From positions 41,728,001 to 41,792,000 of the forward strand of contig OZ076413.1 of NCBI GenBank assembly GCA_964187785.1: DNA of 64,000 bases, given 5' to 3'. Made by a program: the position numbers and the translations under genes. Positions 26,975-38,700 of this stretch are shown one piece after another; position 1 is the stretch's first letter; every line of letters starts with the position of its first letter. The notes under the pieces were generated by a model, which saw nothing but the letters and a program-made list of their open reading frames with translations, was not told the DNA's origin and did no database searches. This stretch comes from Amphiscolops sp. MND2022. Lineage: Eukaryota.

Positions 26975-27696
26975 GGCTCTTAAAAGCTGATAAAATTAAA
27001 AAAAAAAACAATGTCCTTTGCATATTCAAGAAACTTGAGCGCTGCGCCGACTTGGGCCGGTCCCGTCTTGTTTTCTGACGATATTATTCCGTCTCATATC
27101 ACAAATTGTTCTCTCATTCGCTTCTCTAACCATCTTACCAGCTAGGTGTATGGTAGGGATCGCATAAGATCTTCTTTACTGAAAACCTGGTAGTTTTGAC
27201 AAAAACGATCATGTGTTGGTTGACATAAGGAGTGAAAGTTCCCTAACTACTTTTGAAAAAGTGAATGAAAAAGTCAAATTACCTTCTTAGCATCAGTTTT
27301 TCTTAAACATAGGGTTTATTTATTAACATTTATTCGAGTAATAAAGCTTTTGATCTCACTTTTGGATATCTTTGTTGAAGATTATTTGGTTTACATTTTG
27401 CAGAATTCAATTACTGAAAATTGGGATTGTTTTGAGAAATCCACGTAAAAATAAAAGGTTTACGTCTCCAACGTATCTTCAGATAAAATTTAATTCCTAA
27501 GAACTATGCAGATATGATATATACATTGTTAGAAAGTTTCTGCATTTGTCGACTAGACTACCGGCATTCATCTGTAGCGCACTATTTTAAATCGACATTT
27601 CTAAGAAGGAAACTAGCATACTTTACATATAGTTGTCTACAATTCTTCATTTTTTGAACTAGTTTTACAGGATGGATTTTAAAACTACAAGCTCAC

Positions 27697-27984
27697 CTGG
27701 AATATATGCATAGCAGTGGCGGCTTCGCGTGGATCCACCATCTTCTCAGGACTGAGGGGACCCTTCTTTTCGTAGTCCCCGTAAAACTGTTCAGTCTCCA
27801 CTGCGAACTCTTGCACTTTGTCCTGAAGATCCCCCTTGAAGTTGGGCTGGATCTCAGTCAAGTGACACTGCATGTGGAATGCCTTCTCTCTCAAAGTCTT
27901 CCACGAGAAGTTGAGTGAGTCATTTCTGTCCAGCTCCTCTTTGGCCACCGGGATCTCGTATCGCTGCAGCATCGCGTAGCATTC
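27697..27984 (-). CDS. DNAH5: Dynein heavy chain exon (ECYAMLQRYEIPV...MHIFQ)
   Basis: CAG acceptor, GTGAGC donor, 288 nt. Continues PVE|ECYAML in phase across the 28-kb intron. Confidence 0.93.
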
Positions 27985-29607
27985 CTGAAATGAATGAAGC
28001 GTTAAGGTTTGGACCTTTTGTTAGATATACGGCACTGAGATTGAGATGTCACACCCAAGCTGATTTTGCACTCGAATATTTCAAAGCAGGTTGAAAATTA
28101 AAAAAAAATTCTTGAGATTCATCTAGTTCACACGCACGCAGTTAAGGGTTGAGAAAGCTGGCAAACTGAGCTTTCTGTATCGAGAACTAATCAAGACTGT
28201 GATTCTTCCAGAAATTTGAAGTAAAAAATTGAATTCAAAATGTTTTTTTTTGATATCGCATAAATCAGATGAAAAAAAAACATGTTCAATTGGATTAAAT
28301 GGAAAAAGCTGTATTATATAACAACCCTGGTTTTTCACCAGTTTGGTATAAAAAACAAAAAATATCATTGCTTTCCGGAAAATCTGACTAATCCGTATAT
28401 TTATTCCGTTCACCCAGTTTCTTTCATAAGAACACTACCTACAGATCGAGGCTCAATTGCTCTTCAATATACGGCAAAAAGTCAAAAAGTTCTTATGTTC
28501 TTAAATTTTCGACAATTTGAAGCTCGAGGTGTTCTTAATTTCTAGAAATTGGAAGCTTCTCACTCCACGCGTGATAGTTTTGTAAGCGATACAAGTGATC
28601 AGAATGCGGGTAGCTTTATTCGGCTCTTTATGATAATGGTTGGCAGAAAATGGAAAGGAAAAATCTCACTACAAAAAAAACTACAATATATAATTGATTA
28701 CCAAGATAACTATATAACTATATCAATTGACCATATTAGTCCTTCTGAAATCGGAGGTGCTGATGTTTATTTTGCTGATGTAATTTAAAGTTGTCTTCAA
28801 CTGAACTTCAATTTGAGCCTCGGTGATGTTCTTAAAATGTTCCTGATTTTTTGACTTTCTGAGGCTGGTGTTCTTCTAAAAGTTTTCTTGTAAAAACCTG
28901 GGTGTATTCTATAGAAATGAACATTGTAACGCAAAGATTTCAAAAGTCAGGTCAAAACGGAAAAAGTATCGAATTTGTTCAGTCTGCGTTGAGAATGGGC
29001 CGATGCAGTTCAGAAATAAAATGCAAAAAAACATGTCTAATAGGTTCCCCGGTTGAACCTGCTCGAAAGTTATACAAGTTTTTGTAAATTGACGTCCTAA
29101 TTTTCTTTACTATTTCTGCGATAGCAGGAATATTATTGAAATCTCAAGATGTCTACTATTTTTCAGTAAAATTCATTGCATGATACTGAATAATTCAGAT
29201 ATTTTGTTCAGCAGTAACACTATAAGCGTGAGAATTGAATTTCTCAAGCTGCAGGCGACAATTCAATTCTCGTGCGATGGAACAAGCGAGTGGCAATTAT
29301 GCATTCGGACGCTGACGTCATTGAGATGAAGTGAGCGAATGTTTGTAATTATGCTTTCGTACGCCGTGTTATTGAGATGAAGCGAGAGAGTGTTAATTAT
29401 TCGTTCGCCGAGAGCTTCGCCTGCATTCAAATGCAAATGCGGAACTTAGTCTACTCTTAGTAGTTATATTTGCTTTAGTTCGAGATTTAAAGGCAGTATA
29501 AACTGGTACAGTGATTACCCTTGCGATAGGCAAGTGTTATGGGAAAGTACGGGTGGTTTTTTCCGCGCGACAACTCTCTCGTTTCAGCCAGCAAGTCGCA
29601 TAGTTCA

Positions 29608-29680
29608 GGCGTTCGTGCTCTAGTGGTAAGATGCTTGCTTTTCAACCCAGAGGGTTCGTGTTCAAACCAGTGAGTATGCC
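29608..29680 (+). pseudogene. tRNA-like segment embedded in a repeat
   Basis: A-box-like CTAGTGGTAAG, B-box-like GTTCAAACC, partial acceptor stem, followed by oligo-T. Confidence 0.5.
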
Positions 29681-31470
29681 CTAATTTTTTACAAGCTTTC
29701 CGAAGGAGAAGGTTCTCACTTTTTCGGCACTATGAGACTCCTCCCTTCTTTCGGCTTTGTGAGACTTTTTTTTCGAAAATTTTAATGTCCTCAAATGGTC
29801 CTCCCTTCAATTTGTTTTAATACTACGCAACAGAACGAATGTTAAAAAATCCCAAAGGGTCCTTTCTTTCAGATTTTTCGGCACTATGCGACTGTTAAAA
29901 GTTCTCATTTTACTGTTTTTTTTCGAAAATTTTTCAAAGACTCCAATGGGTTCCCCTTCAATTTTTTTTTGAAATTTTGCAACAGAATGGTTGTTAAAAA
30001 ATCTCAAAGGGCCCCCTTTTACAGTTTTCGGCATTGTGAGAAATTTCAAAATGAATAGTTTTTGTATTAAAGTTAGGTTTTCTGAGGCCAAGCACGCTAC
30101 ATCCGAATTTTGTTTTTTTTTAAAGACCGGCGTTTTTTCTATGCTACTTTTTTCTATAATGGTTTTTATCGAAGCCCCCCCTCAATTTTTGCTTAAAATG
30201 GAACCTTTTGCGAGCATAACAGACTGCTCAAGGTTTTCGGCACTATGTTACTTACCGGAAACCTTCAAAAACTTTTTCGAAAAAGTTCGAAATTTTTTCC
30301 TTACTTTTTTTTAAAAAAAGTTTCCAGTTGAGAAAGATGTTTTTTTGCTGTTTCCAGTTGGGGAAGAATGATTTTTGAGATTTATGCGTATCCCTTCGGG
30401 TATTTTTGGCGCTGTACGTTTGATGAAATTTTAACAATGTCATTCTACACTTGGTTCTCCGTATGATTTTGCTTATTTGGTTTTCTTCACTTCGCAACCC
30501 CTGCGCAAGTGTTTGCGAAGCACGGCTTCGCCTCTGTGTTAATTGTGCGCTAAATAATGATTAAACAGGAGTGTATTGGTATTCCATAGATGATTCTATT
30601 GTTAAAGAAAGATTAAAGCAGAAATAATAGAGTGCCCCGGAGGTGCCTAATTTCATGATTTTATAGAACTCTCACGTTTGTGAATCAAAACTTCACTGAT
30701 TCAATTGACTTTTGCAAGCTGCATACAAAATGTATCCTAAATTTGGCTGCCATTCGGAGCCACAAAGGTTTGCAGAGTCCATTAAGAAGCAGTTCTATTT
30801 TAAAAAGCAGTTGAGAATTGATCTATTTTACCGCCATTTCAATGCAAATAAACTTTTGTTTTGTTATAAGTTTCAACGTAGCTTGACAGGGAGTATAGCC
30901 GCTCAATAATAATGCAAAAACAATTGATCGTAGAAACGAAAGGACTTCTCAATTGTGATTGGTGGCTCCGTTCGACAGTGAAATTGAAATGATGAAACTA
31001 TCAAACTGAAAAAACAACCGACCAGAGTAAATGAAAGTCAAAGGATGCAAATTCTTCTATATTACCATTCGATTATATCATCGAGGTGCTAAAGTCACGG
31101 TTACCACATTCAGCGTGCAATTCGATTACCGCGGTGATTCCACAAGTGAGTAATTGTGAAAATAAAGCTTGAAATCAAAGTGATCGAGAGTGGTGATCGA
31201 GAGGTGAAGTGGAAATAGTTTGTTTCAATTGAAATATTGGAAGCTGCATTGTATTTCTACAATGGTTTCCAAGCAGGCTCCCAGAATTTTCCATGTTTTG
31301 TTTCAATTCAGTCTTGCATGCTTGGAAGGAGCATGAAAAACTTCCCAACAAATTCAACCAGGGTTGATAAGTTATAATGATGGCTAAGTAACCATCACAG
31401 GGACGATTTCCTAATCACAGAGTCTGTGACAGCCGCACTCAATCAACAATGACATAACGACATGCTTACA

Positions 31471-33409
31471 TGTCATGAACATTACAGTTATTTTTGTCAC
31501 CGTGTTCACGATTTAGAGTAGTTTTAGCTTTCGCGTTGCGTTGAACTTCGGAATAACTTTCCGGTCTCTCATCAGATCTCTCCCATCCCCTTCTAGTCTC
31601 CTGTCCTGAGCCGGCCATAATAACGTCCTGGATTTGGGGTAAGACCTGGTTATTAATAGCATCGTTTATGGCTCTTTGGATCTGAGAACTGACACTATTC
31701 ATCATCTCATCCATCTCCCTTGATATTCTGGAGTTTATTTCACTCGATAGTTTGTTAATCTCAGCTTGAGAATCTATACTTGCTGAATTCTGGCCATGAA
31801 TGGCACTAGTCCCAGCTCTATGGTTTCCATAACCGGCATAAGGGCCTAGTCCTTCGTTTTCTAAGTTATTACTGGTGATGCTTTCTTGTCTCATGGTAGA
31901 GGTTCTTTCGAGACTTTCGTCTCTTTCTGTTCCATCAAAATGGTTCTCTCCTAACATTATATCAAGGTTTTCAATATCAGAGAGAATTTCCAATCCTCTA
32001 GATTTCCTTGCCTTCTTTTGTTTTCTAGTAGTAGGCATCAAGACTAAACCGGGTCGAACAATTAAATTATCAGAACCGGAAAACAGAATTAGTGATTGTT
32101 AACGGAGAAGCGTTATCAACTGAGTATTAGGAGCAAAACAAAAAATGTGTCCACCCGGAGGAAGTTGCTTCTATATATACTTCCTCGGGCGGGATAAACA
32201 TGATACAAGCAGTCAAAAATGTTACAAACACATTCCGAAAGCACCTGACTTAACTCAACTATTTAAGCATCAAAGTGCCGCCGAATTGTGATCATAAGGT
32301 CACGCGGCCGTTCAAATTTCTGTTTTGACATCTTTAACAAGTATTCAAAAGGCACACAGTACATCAAATAGCATCGATTAAAATGTTTACGCCGCTAATA
32401 TTTCAGGAATGCTGACAATCTCGTGTCGGCACGTGTCCCGTTAGCAGGCTAGATCAACTTGTATACAGCAATGTTACATGTAACAGCGCATATTTTCCTT
32501 TATATAATATGCACACAGATTCCACGTGTCAACTAGCAAATAAAGCCAGACATGTCCTTTGGACTAATATTGGTAGCAACATCATACATTGGTATCGATT
32601 TCATCAATTAATTTCAAGAGCTACATGAGTCTTTACGACGTACTTGTAACTATACATGACATTTAAAGTACAAGAAATGATTGTAATTAGCGTCTGAATA
32701 ATAGTATTGAAAAGGGGCCTTAACCGGCCACAGTCCAATTGGCCACAGCAATAGAGGATAGAAGTCAGGCAAATGGCCTTAGTCGGCCCAATATTGAAAT
32801 GGATAAAATAAAGCGCCAATTAGCTAAAATGATTGTTTAATTAGCACAGCAACATGATTAGACTACTATTTAACGAAACACAGCAGTGCTTACATTAATA
32901 TTCTTTCATCTGAACATTAAGGCCGAAATCGGCCGTTTGACTAAAGCGCCAATAAATAAAGATGAAATTCCGGCATATGGCCTAAACCGGCCATTAATTA
33001 AATACAGCACTGATATTACTCAAATGGATGAATATGATTGGCTAACAGGTTGAGCTCAAGTGACGTCTCCGGAATTGGAGTTACGTTCACTTGAACTCGT
33101 TTCCTTTACGCTTTCTAGCTGCCTATCTATTGCTATAACAGCGTGTTTATACTGCACTTCTAGCTTTTATAATTGTTAATACATCATCTGATCTTTCAAA
33201 TGTTGGCATTAACGGACTAATATCAGCAAACTATATACTAAATGTAAAATTAGCAACGATAACAGGTACAACTAGTAGATTAAAAAATAATAGCAAAGTT
33301 TGTGTTTTTAATGTTTACCTCTAATATATTGGTAGAGTTCCGGCTGCTATTTCCTGTCCTTCTGCGGTAGTAGTAATCCTTGTACCATCACAGGCGGCAG
33401 CCTGCGACA
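31471..33409 (-). repeat. Gypsy 3' LTR (1939 bp)
   Basis: Direct repeat of 54094-56032, flanked by the TSD. Confidence 0.93.
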
Positions 33410-33990
33410 CTGCGGGTGTTAGGAAAAGTAAACTTCCTGCGTTCAAGCCATTTTCATAAGCCTCTCGTCGTAGGGCGGTGATATAAGCGGGCTCACTGCT
33501 AGGTGTCGATCTTTGCATGTACCAGTTCACCTTTTCTGTTTTTATTTGATCTCTCGATTTGCCGCATACCATACAGCCTGTGTGCAAATTTTGGCTCACG
33601 TCCTGATAAGGCTCGGTATTTTGCAATTGATAGGACGCATAGAAAGATCCAGAGGTTGACTGGGCAAGAGGGGTGTCAATGCTCGGTCCCCTTTCATGGT
33701 CGGGAGGAGACTGTGGGGACTCCAGAACGGGTAATACAGTTGCACAGAGCTCGACTTTTGATTTTCTTTGCCTTTTCGATGGAACCAAGCACACTTCCTT
33801 GTTAAAATACTCGAATCCCAGTTTAGGGGTAGAGGGCGGAACAGGCCAAGCACTGCTTGGTCCAGCTGCCATCTCGTCGTCTACTTCTGTCGTCATCCCG
33901 CGTCTCGCTATAGGGATTGGAGCAGCTTTCACCTCTCAGTCTATTCTTTCTTTGATCTCGTCTGTATCCGTGGACCAGTCTGAGTCCCAG
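33321..33990 (-). pseudogene. 3' part of the Gypsy accessory sense ORF (CxxC, NLS-like PSKRQRK), ending 89 nt inside the 3' LTR; premature TGA at 33936-38
   Basis: ORF 33321-33932 of the track plus its in-frame upstream extension. Confidence 0.7.
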
Positions 33991-34293
33991 TGTTGTTGAC
34001 AAACAACATAAGCAAGTGACAACTAATGATTGACAGTTCCTTTTAGAGCATGAAACCCCTAAAACTAATATGATTGACAACAACTTTTGACCTCTTACAT
34101 AACAGGCTGGTATTTTCGCGTCTGGTTCGGACTGTGTTCAATAATAAAGCACAAAAAAAAACCTTCATACGGAAATTGTAAACCTCATGTGCAGTAAATC
34201 CATACATGAAAACGACCACTATTTCATTTGATATGACTATAGCTTCAAATTAACTCTTCGAGTTTTTACTCCTTTTTACTGTCGTCAGTAAAA
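33991..34293 (+). repeat. Bel 5' LTR
   Basis: Direct repeat of 42012-42313; begins TGTTGTTGAC, ends GTCAGTAAAA. Confidence 0.95.
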
Positions 34294-34296
34294 TTC

Positions 34297-34315
34297 TGGT
34301 GCCGCGACCCGGGAT
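34297..34315 (+). promoter_or_regulatory. Bel PBS TGGTGCCGCGACCCGGGAT (tRNA-His-like)
   Basis: Lies 3 nt after the LTR and resembles the complement of the tRNA-His 3' end (TGGTGCCGTGACTCGGAT). Confidence 0.75.
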
Positions 34316-34339
34316 ACCAAAAGTTCTCCCAAATTATCT

Positions 34340-34482
34340 ATCCTCCAATCGAGGGAATATCCATCCTCCAATCGAGGGAATATCCATCCTCCAATCGAGG
34401 GAATATCCATCCTCCAATCGAGGGAATATCCATCCTCCAATCGAGGGAATATCCATCCATCCTCCAGTCGAGGGAATATTCC
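34340..34482 (+). repeat. 23-bp tandem repeat (CCTCCAATCGAGGGAATATCCAT), about 6 copies, in the Bel leader
   Basis: Units start at 34342, 34365, 34388, 34411, 34434 and 34461. Confidence 0.95.
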
Positions 34483-34805
34483 TGGAACCCGCTGTTTCTG
34501 GGCCTGTCGTGTGGTCGGAGTGTGGAGTCGCTGGGCTGTCTCCCGTGCTGTAACGAAGAAGGCAACCCCGTTCGAGGGGTCGTGAGTAAAACACTTGGAA
34601 AAAAAAAACTAAACTGAAAAAAAAAAAACTTATATAATGTTTTTCTTAAAACTCTGAGGCATCAGCGCCTTCCCCTCCCTTTGTTTAAATTTCTCTGACA
34701 CTTGCGTCAGATCCTTGAGCACTTTTGATCTTTTCGAAGCATAGTCACAATACCAGACGCAAAAGTGTAACCAGACCTTGATTTGATACTGATTTTGATT
34801 AGTCG

Positions 34806-35405
34806 ATGGTGTACATCATAGGCGCAAGCGGGCTCGCTGGGTTGTTTCGAAAATTTTCCTATGCGGAAAAACGCCAGTACGGGCCAAAGATCTTCGCCGT
34901 GGGTGGCTTGAGTTTTAATCCAAAAGCAAACAACAGGTTGAAAATTTTACAAAATTTGCTTAGGCAAGGTCCCCTGCGAGGTAGGCGGGACATTGTGATT
35001 TGGCACGGGGTCATTAGCAACACTGTCTCTGCACATTCAACCAACAATTTCCAACCCTGTTCGGCCGAGGATCTTTTGCCCATACTTGCTGAGTTTAAAG
35101 ACCGCATCGCGGCAATTTTATACCTGCAACGCACTAGTGAAAGGATAAACATCGTTAGAAAACTCTTCCAAAGTAAAATTTTGATTTTGGACGTTCGCAG
35201 ACACCTGATATCCCGCCTCAAAAGGCAAAATAGTTCTGTCCAGTCCGATTTGGGACAAGTACACCCTAGTGTATGTTGCGAAAAACGTCTTTTCGAAACA
35301 ATCCTTCGTCATCAAAATAACCTTAAAAGTCTTCTCCGGTTCAGAGCAAAAACCAAACGCCTTTCAAAGGAGAGAAGAGCGAGACTGAAATCCAAAGTCT
35401 TGTAG
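34806..35405 (+). CDS. Bel accessory ORF, SGNH/GDSL-hydrolase-like, 199 aa, basic C-terminus
   Basis: Block I VYIIGAS, block II AVGG, block III DIVIWHGVISN and block V DLGQVHPS, in the expected order and spacing. Confidence 0.65.
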   Translation: MVYIIGASGLAGLFRKFSYAEKRQYGPKIFAVGGLSFNPKANNRLKILQNLLRQGPLRGRRDIVIWHGVISNTVSAHSTNNFQPCSAEDLLPILAEFKDRIAAILYLQRTSERINIVRKLFQSKILILDVRRHLISRLKRQNSSVQSDLGQVHPSVCCEKRLFETILRHQNNLKSLLRFRAKTKRLSKERRARLKSKVL

Positions 35406-35709
35406 AAAATAACTCACCTTTTGATAAGAGCGAATTATCGATCCAGCCCGTTTTTTTTTTTTTGTTTTCTAGCGCCTTTATATCTTTTGGTTGATTTTTG
35501 CCCCAACTCATTGGACACTAGACCGCCTAAGACGGTCGTGGCCTATCGAGTTGGGACTTGAGAATCATTACCTCCGCCCCGCGCAGTTTCGTTTTGACTA
35601 GGTTCTCTCTTCTCAACGGACAATAGACCGCTTAAGACGGTCGTGGCCTACTGAGTTGAGAGTCCTCGTTTTTTTTGCTCTTTTTTTTTGACTTATTTTG
35701 AAGCAAAAA

Positions 35710-38700
35710 ATGGAAGCGTGTAGTTCTAAACCGGAATCATTGCTTGAAACAGCTTCCAGGCTGTTCAAAACCCGTGATAGATTTGAGAATGAGCTCAGAA
35801 ATACGTGTGAAGACATCGAATCTGTGCTCACTTCAGATACCAAACGAAAAACCAAGGTCGAAAGCCTTTTAGGACGCGCCGAAGAGAAGTTGCAAAAGGC
35901 TATTACTACTAACAACCAACTGAGAGACCTTGCCCCAAACACTAATGATCCTCAGAAAACTATCGAAGACCTAGACCAATGGCTCAAAAATGCAATGGCT
36001 TGTCACGACAAAACCACGACAATGGCTCGGGATTATTTGGACGGCACTAGCGATAAGGCCACGGAAGATGCGGAATCTGTTCCATCCCATAAAAGCATTG
36101 GCTCACGCTCGCATAAAAATTCACAACCTTCTTCACGATCTGCTTCCATGACTTCTAGCCAACGGCGACGCGCCCTAGAGGCTACTAAGTTACGAGCTCA
36201 AGAAGCCGAACGTCAAACTGCAGCTGCGATGCAACTTGAAAAGGACCGCTTCGACCTAAGACTAAAAGAAATTGCTGAAGAAAAACGCCGCAAATTGAAT
36301 GAGCTTAAAATAGACGAAATGGAGTTAGCAGATGATTCAAGTGTTGCAAATGATGTAAATTTGGCGCCTTTGGGTGTCAACGATGAGGATGGTGGCACTG
36401 GTAATCTAACTGCGGATTGGGTGCACTCGATCGTGAATCAGACCGAACGGGAGATGGGCGTTCCTCTCCCAACTGATGTCGTTCCCCCAGCGAGCCGTGG
36501 CTTAGACCAGGCTACCAGCTCTATCCTCGACAATGTGAAACCCACTACTCACATTGAAGATAACCTGAATCAGTTTGCAGACAACGCGACGACTGACCAA
36601 TCTAATGTTATCGACAACACCATTGTGCCGTCACTTCAGCAACACTTGAACTTCAACTCCGAAGCCGTGACAGAACTGAGACCCTACGTCTTTGGTTCGA
36701 CTGCCATCTCCACTTCGCATTCGCAACAACGTCCTAATTTTAATGGACAGTCTTCGCTTCTGACAAATTCGTACGTTCCGAAAATGTCTCTTTGGGTGAA
36801 TAACCATGTAGCTGCTACGACGACATCGTCTCTTACAACTACGCGGCCTGCTCCGATATTTACTGCTTGTACAAACACGAACGTCGTGTCAACAACTGCA
36901 GTATTTCCGCCGCGTGCACAAGGTTCTGTTCATTATGGGAGCTCACCCTTTCCCACACAAACGCTCGTCTTACCGAATACTGAGCCAATATCCGCGCCAA
37001 CAGGTCACCTTACTCCTTTCGGTGCCTCAACAGTTAACTTGGCTCAGCCCGGAGTCACAATGCAAAATTTATTCGAAGCCTTGAAATCGAACCGCAAGGG
37101 ACCACTCCCGGAGTGGACACTTTCCAAGTATGACGGAGACCCGTTGTCATGGCATGAGTGGTCGGGTCAATTCAAGAGTGCGATCGACTCGGCTAACTTG
37201 ACGGACGACGAGAAACTCACCTATCTGAAAACTCTTGTGACTGGTAAAGCCAAATTAGCAATCGCTGACGTTGCGTACTCTGGACGGTTCTATAGAGATA
37301 GTCTGAAAACGTTAGAACGCAAATTTGGCCAGCCACAAGTAGTCGTGGGTGCCTATTTTGATAAGTTAGCTAGTTACACCCCTGTCAAAATACATAGCTC
37401 CGAACAAATAATTGATTTCGCGAATTTCATTGCAGGTATTATAGGTGTTTTCCGTTCACTGAACTACGAGAATGACTTGAGAGGAGCTGCTATGTTGAAC
37501 CAAGCTGTTTACAAACTACCACCGAATCTTCGCGAGCAATGGTCCATGCACACAGTAGTAAAAGACATGCTGCGACCTACGCTTATCGACTTTAACGATT
37601 GGCTCAAACAAAAAGCAGAAGCCCATGAGCGAATGAACGTCTCAGGGACAAGCAAGCCAAAAGCCGAAGAAAGCAAAGTCAAAAGTAACAGTAAGTCTTT
37701 TTCCGCCACAGCAGCAGCTACCGGGTCCACTTTGTCCACTACTCCCAGGCATGCGCGACGGACCAACCCGGAAGGCCAATTTTTGCCCTGCCCGTGTTGC
37801 AAAGGCAAGCACCCATTGTGGAAGTGTGATGAATTTAAGGCGAAAACACCTACGCAGCGCGCGAAACTTGCCGCTGATAATAATTTCTGCTTTCGATGCG
37901 TCAATGGTGTACATAGAGCCAGTGAATGCGGCAAGGACATACAATGTACATCTCCAGATTGTCAAAATCCACGGCAGCATAATACTTTGTTGCACGGCGC
38001 AAGTCGCATCTATCCATTGCGTCAGAAAAAGTCGTCTTCACCGAAGTTGAATAATGCAGCTAGCGCTACTGTCTCGAGCGGTAGTAAGTCTACCTGTAGT
38101 TATGCCGCAACGGATATTGACACAAGGGGTCTTATACCTGTCGTTTTGGTGAATGTCTCCAGTCGTTGTGGATCTGCGGAAGTCTTAGCGTTGTGTGATA
38201 CTGGGAGCGTTCACTCTTGGGTATCCGACAGGCTAGCCAAAACATTGTCTCTCACCGGTTCTCCCTCGAAGGTTGCCCTCAGTGGCATTTTATCCAATCA
38301 AGAAGTCATAACCGAACGTGTTGAAGTTGTAGTTTCGTCCCTGTATGCCAATCCTCCCTTTTCATTTGACCTTAAACCATTCACGAAATCTTTGACACTC
38401 GGAAAGGAGCTCATTGATATACCGGAACTACAAAAGCAACATCCGCATCTCGCTCCCATTCCTCCCATCGTTTATAATTATTCCGATATTCAGCTCATTA
38501 TTGGTCAAGACGCGTATTATGCTATTCACCCAATTAATGCCTTCAAGGGTGACCCCATGAATGACCCGTGGGCTGTTCAGCTGCCGTTAGGTTGGGCTCT
38601 ATGTGGTGCAACACCTGAGCGAACGTCCGCTTCGTTTGTCTCCACGTGTTTTAAGGCTACTGTAGAAGACTTCTCATTGGCGGAACAAGTGAAGGCGTGG

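Noticed and set aside
2880..30500. Many short Phe/Lys-rich ORFs in the track (e.g. 3103, 13607, 24449, 26518, 29991)
   Set aside because: They are chance frames in AT-rich repeats or antisense shadows of dynein exons, with no protein-like motifs.
31471..33409. Segmental duplication or a second truncated Gypsy copy, since it contains gag sequence
   Set aside because: TG...CA ends, the TTACA TSD around the whole unit and a PBS right after the other copy identify it as an LTR.
33321..33932. env gene in the usual third-ORF position
   Set aside because: No signal peptide or transmembrane helix; acidic, disordered sequence with NLS-like features.
34340..34482. Regular short repeats resembling a CRISPR array
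   Set aside because: Head-to-tail 23-bp units with no unique spacers, inside a eukaryotic retrotransposon leader; no cas genes.
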